Source of the DNA: Pelagibacterales bacterium SAG-MED29
GTDB taxonomy: Bacteria > Pseudomonadota > Alphaproteobacteria > Pelagibacterales > Pelagibacteraceae
Length of the DNA: 64,000 nucleotides
Reading direction: 5' to 3'
Assembly (NCBI GenBank): GCA_014653815.1
Contig: JACWDZ010000004.1
Span: 10,393-74,392, forward strand
Part shown: positions 63,515-64,000 of the stretch, in pieces
Numbering within the stretch: the stretch's first letter is position 1
Layout: every line of letters starts with the position of its first letter
Notes under the pieces: generated by a model
The model's database searches: none
What the model saw: the letters and a program-made list of their open reading frames with translations, nothing else
What the model was told of the DNA's origin: nothing
Position numbers and translations under genes: made by a program

Positions 63515-63600
63515 AAATATAAGTATATAGATTATTAAATTTTGTTTGATGCGACAAATATTATATTATATTTAATCTTATTGTAATTTAAAAAGGATTT

Positions 63601-64000
63601 ATGGCTCAACTCAACTATTCAGATTTCTACCAAGTACCTGAACTTAATTTTGATATAACAAAATTAAGAAAAGATTTAGATGTTATTTTGAAAAAAAAAG
63701 GCTTTGCTTCACCAAAAGGAGTTTCTAACTTTGGAGCAATTCCATTAAATCAGATTCCAAACGATAAAGATTCAGTTAAAGGAAATAATATTAGGGGAGT
63801 TTATTGGACTATAGCAGATGAATCAGGAAAAGAAGTAACTAGAGATATTCCAATTGATGAGTCGAAATACACTGAGCTTGTTCCAGAATTTGAAAACACT
63901 TATTTTAGCGAAGTTTATAAAATTTTAATTAAAAAATTTAAATTAGGAAGAGTTAGGCTGCTACTTAAAGAACCAAGATCAACTTTAAGTTGGCATAAAG
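63601..64000 (+). CDS. Partial ORF, probable Fe(II)/2OG dioxygenase (Asp/Asn beta-hydroxylase-like)
   Basis: Open from ATG 63601 (AAGGA upstream) to the window end: MAQLNYSDFY...LGRVRLLLKEPRSTLSWHK, consistent with the start of a jelly-roll HxD motif. Confidence 0.6.
   Translation, partial: MAQLNYSDFYQVPELNFDITKLRKDLDVILKKKGFASPKGVSNFGAIPLNQIPNDKDSVKGNNIRGVYWTIADESGKEVTRDIPIDESKYTELVPEFENTYFSEVYKILIKKFKLGRVRLLLKEPRSTLSWHK

Noticed and set aside
1-64000. CRISPR arrays, IS elements, prophage, rRNA, tmRNA
   Set aside because: No repeat-spacer pattern, transposase, integrase or phage genes seen, and no unexplained gap long enough to hold them.

Overview
A very AT-rich, extremely compact alphaproteobacterial chromosome segment whose gene content and order look like SAR11/Pelagibacterales (inferred, not searched). 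Bases 1-27.4 kb hold a near-continuous translation/transcription supercluster: tuf end, tRNA-Trp, secE-nusG, rplKAJL, rpoBC, rpsLG-fusA, and the S10, spc and alpha operons. The rest is mostly housekeeping: rluC, lipB, mgtE, panC, galU-ugd, topA, plsY, pyrB-pyrC', ruvX, gatCAB, trhO, slt, dapA, smpB, folK, rel/spoT, pyrE, pdxJ, acpS, lepB, rnc, recO and hemB. I saw no CRISPR, prophage, IS element or rRNA. The most interesting part is 43-52 kb. (1) An uncalled 31-codon ORF (49310-49405) has 9 Cys in a spacing that matches the vertebrate metallothionein beta-domain, directly upstream of an orphan Cys-containing ATP-grasp ligase. (2) A TPP-like riboswitch with a shortened, remodelled pyrophosphate-sensing arm precedes a ThiV-like symporter. 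(3) An O-methyltransferase is translationally coupled to trhO, suggesting a tRNA ho5U-to-mo5U pathway. (4) A cyclohexadienyl-dehydratase-like binding protein is paired with a lipobox-bearing permease and no ATPase. (5) umuDC carries a perfect alphaproteobacterial LexA box. The rpsL leader can also adopt two mutually exclusive folds.
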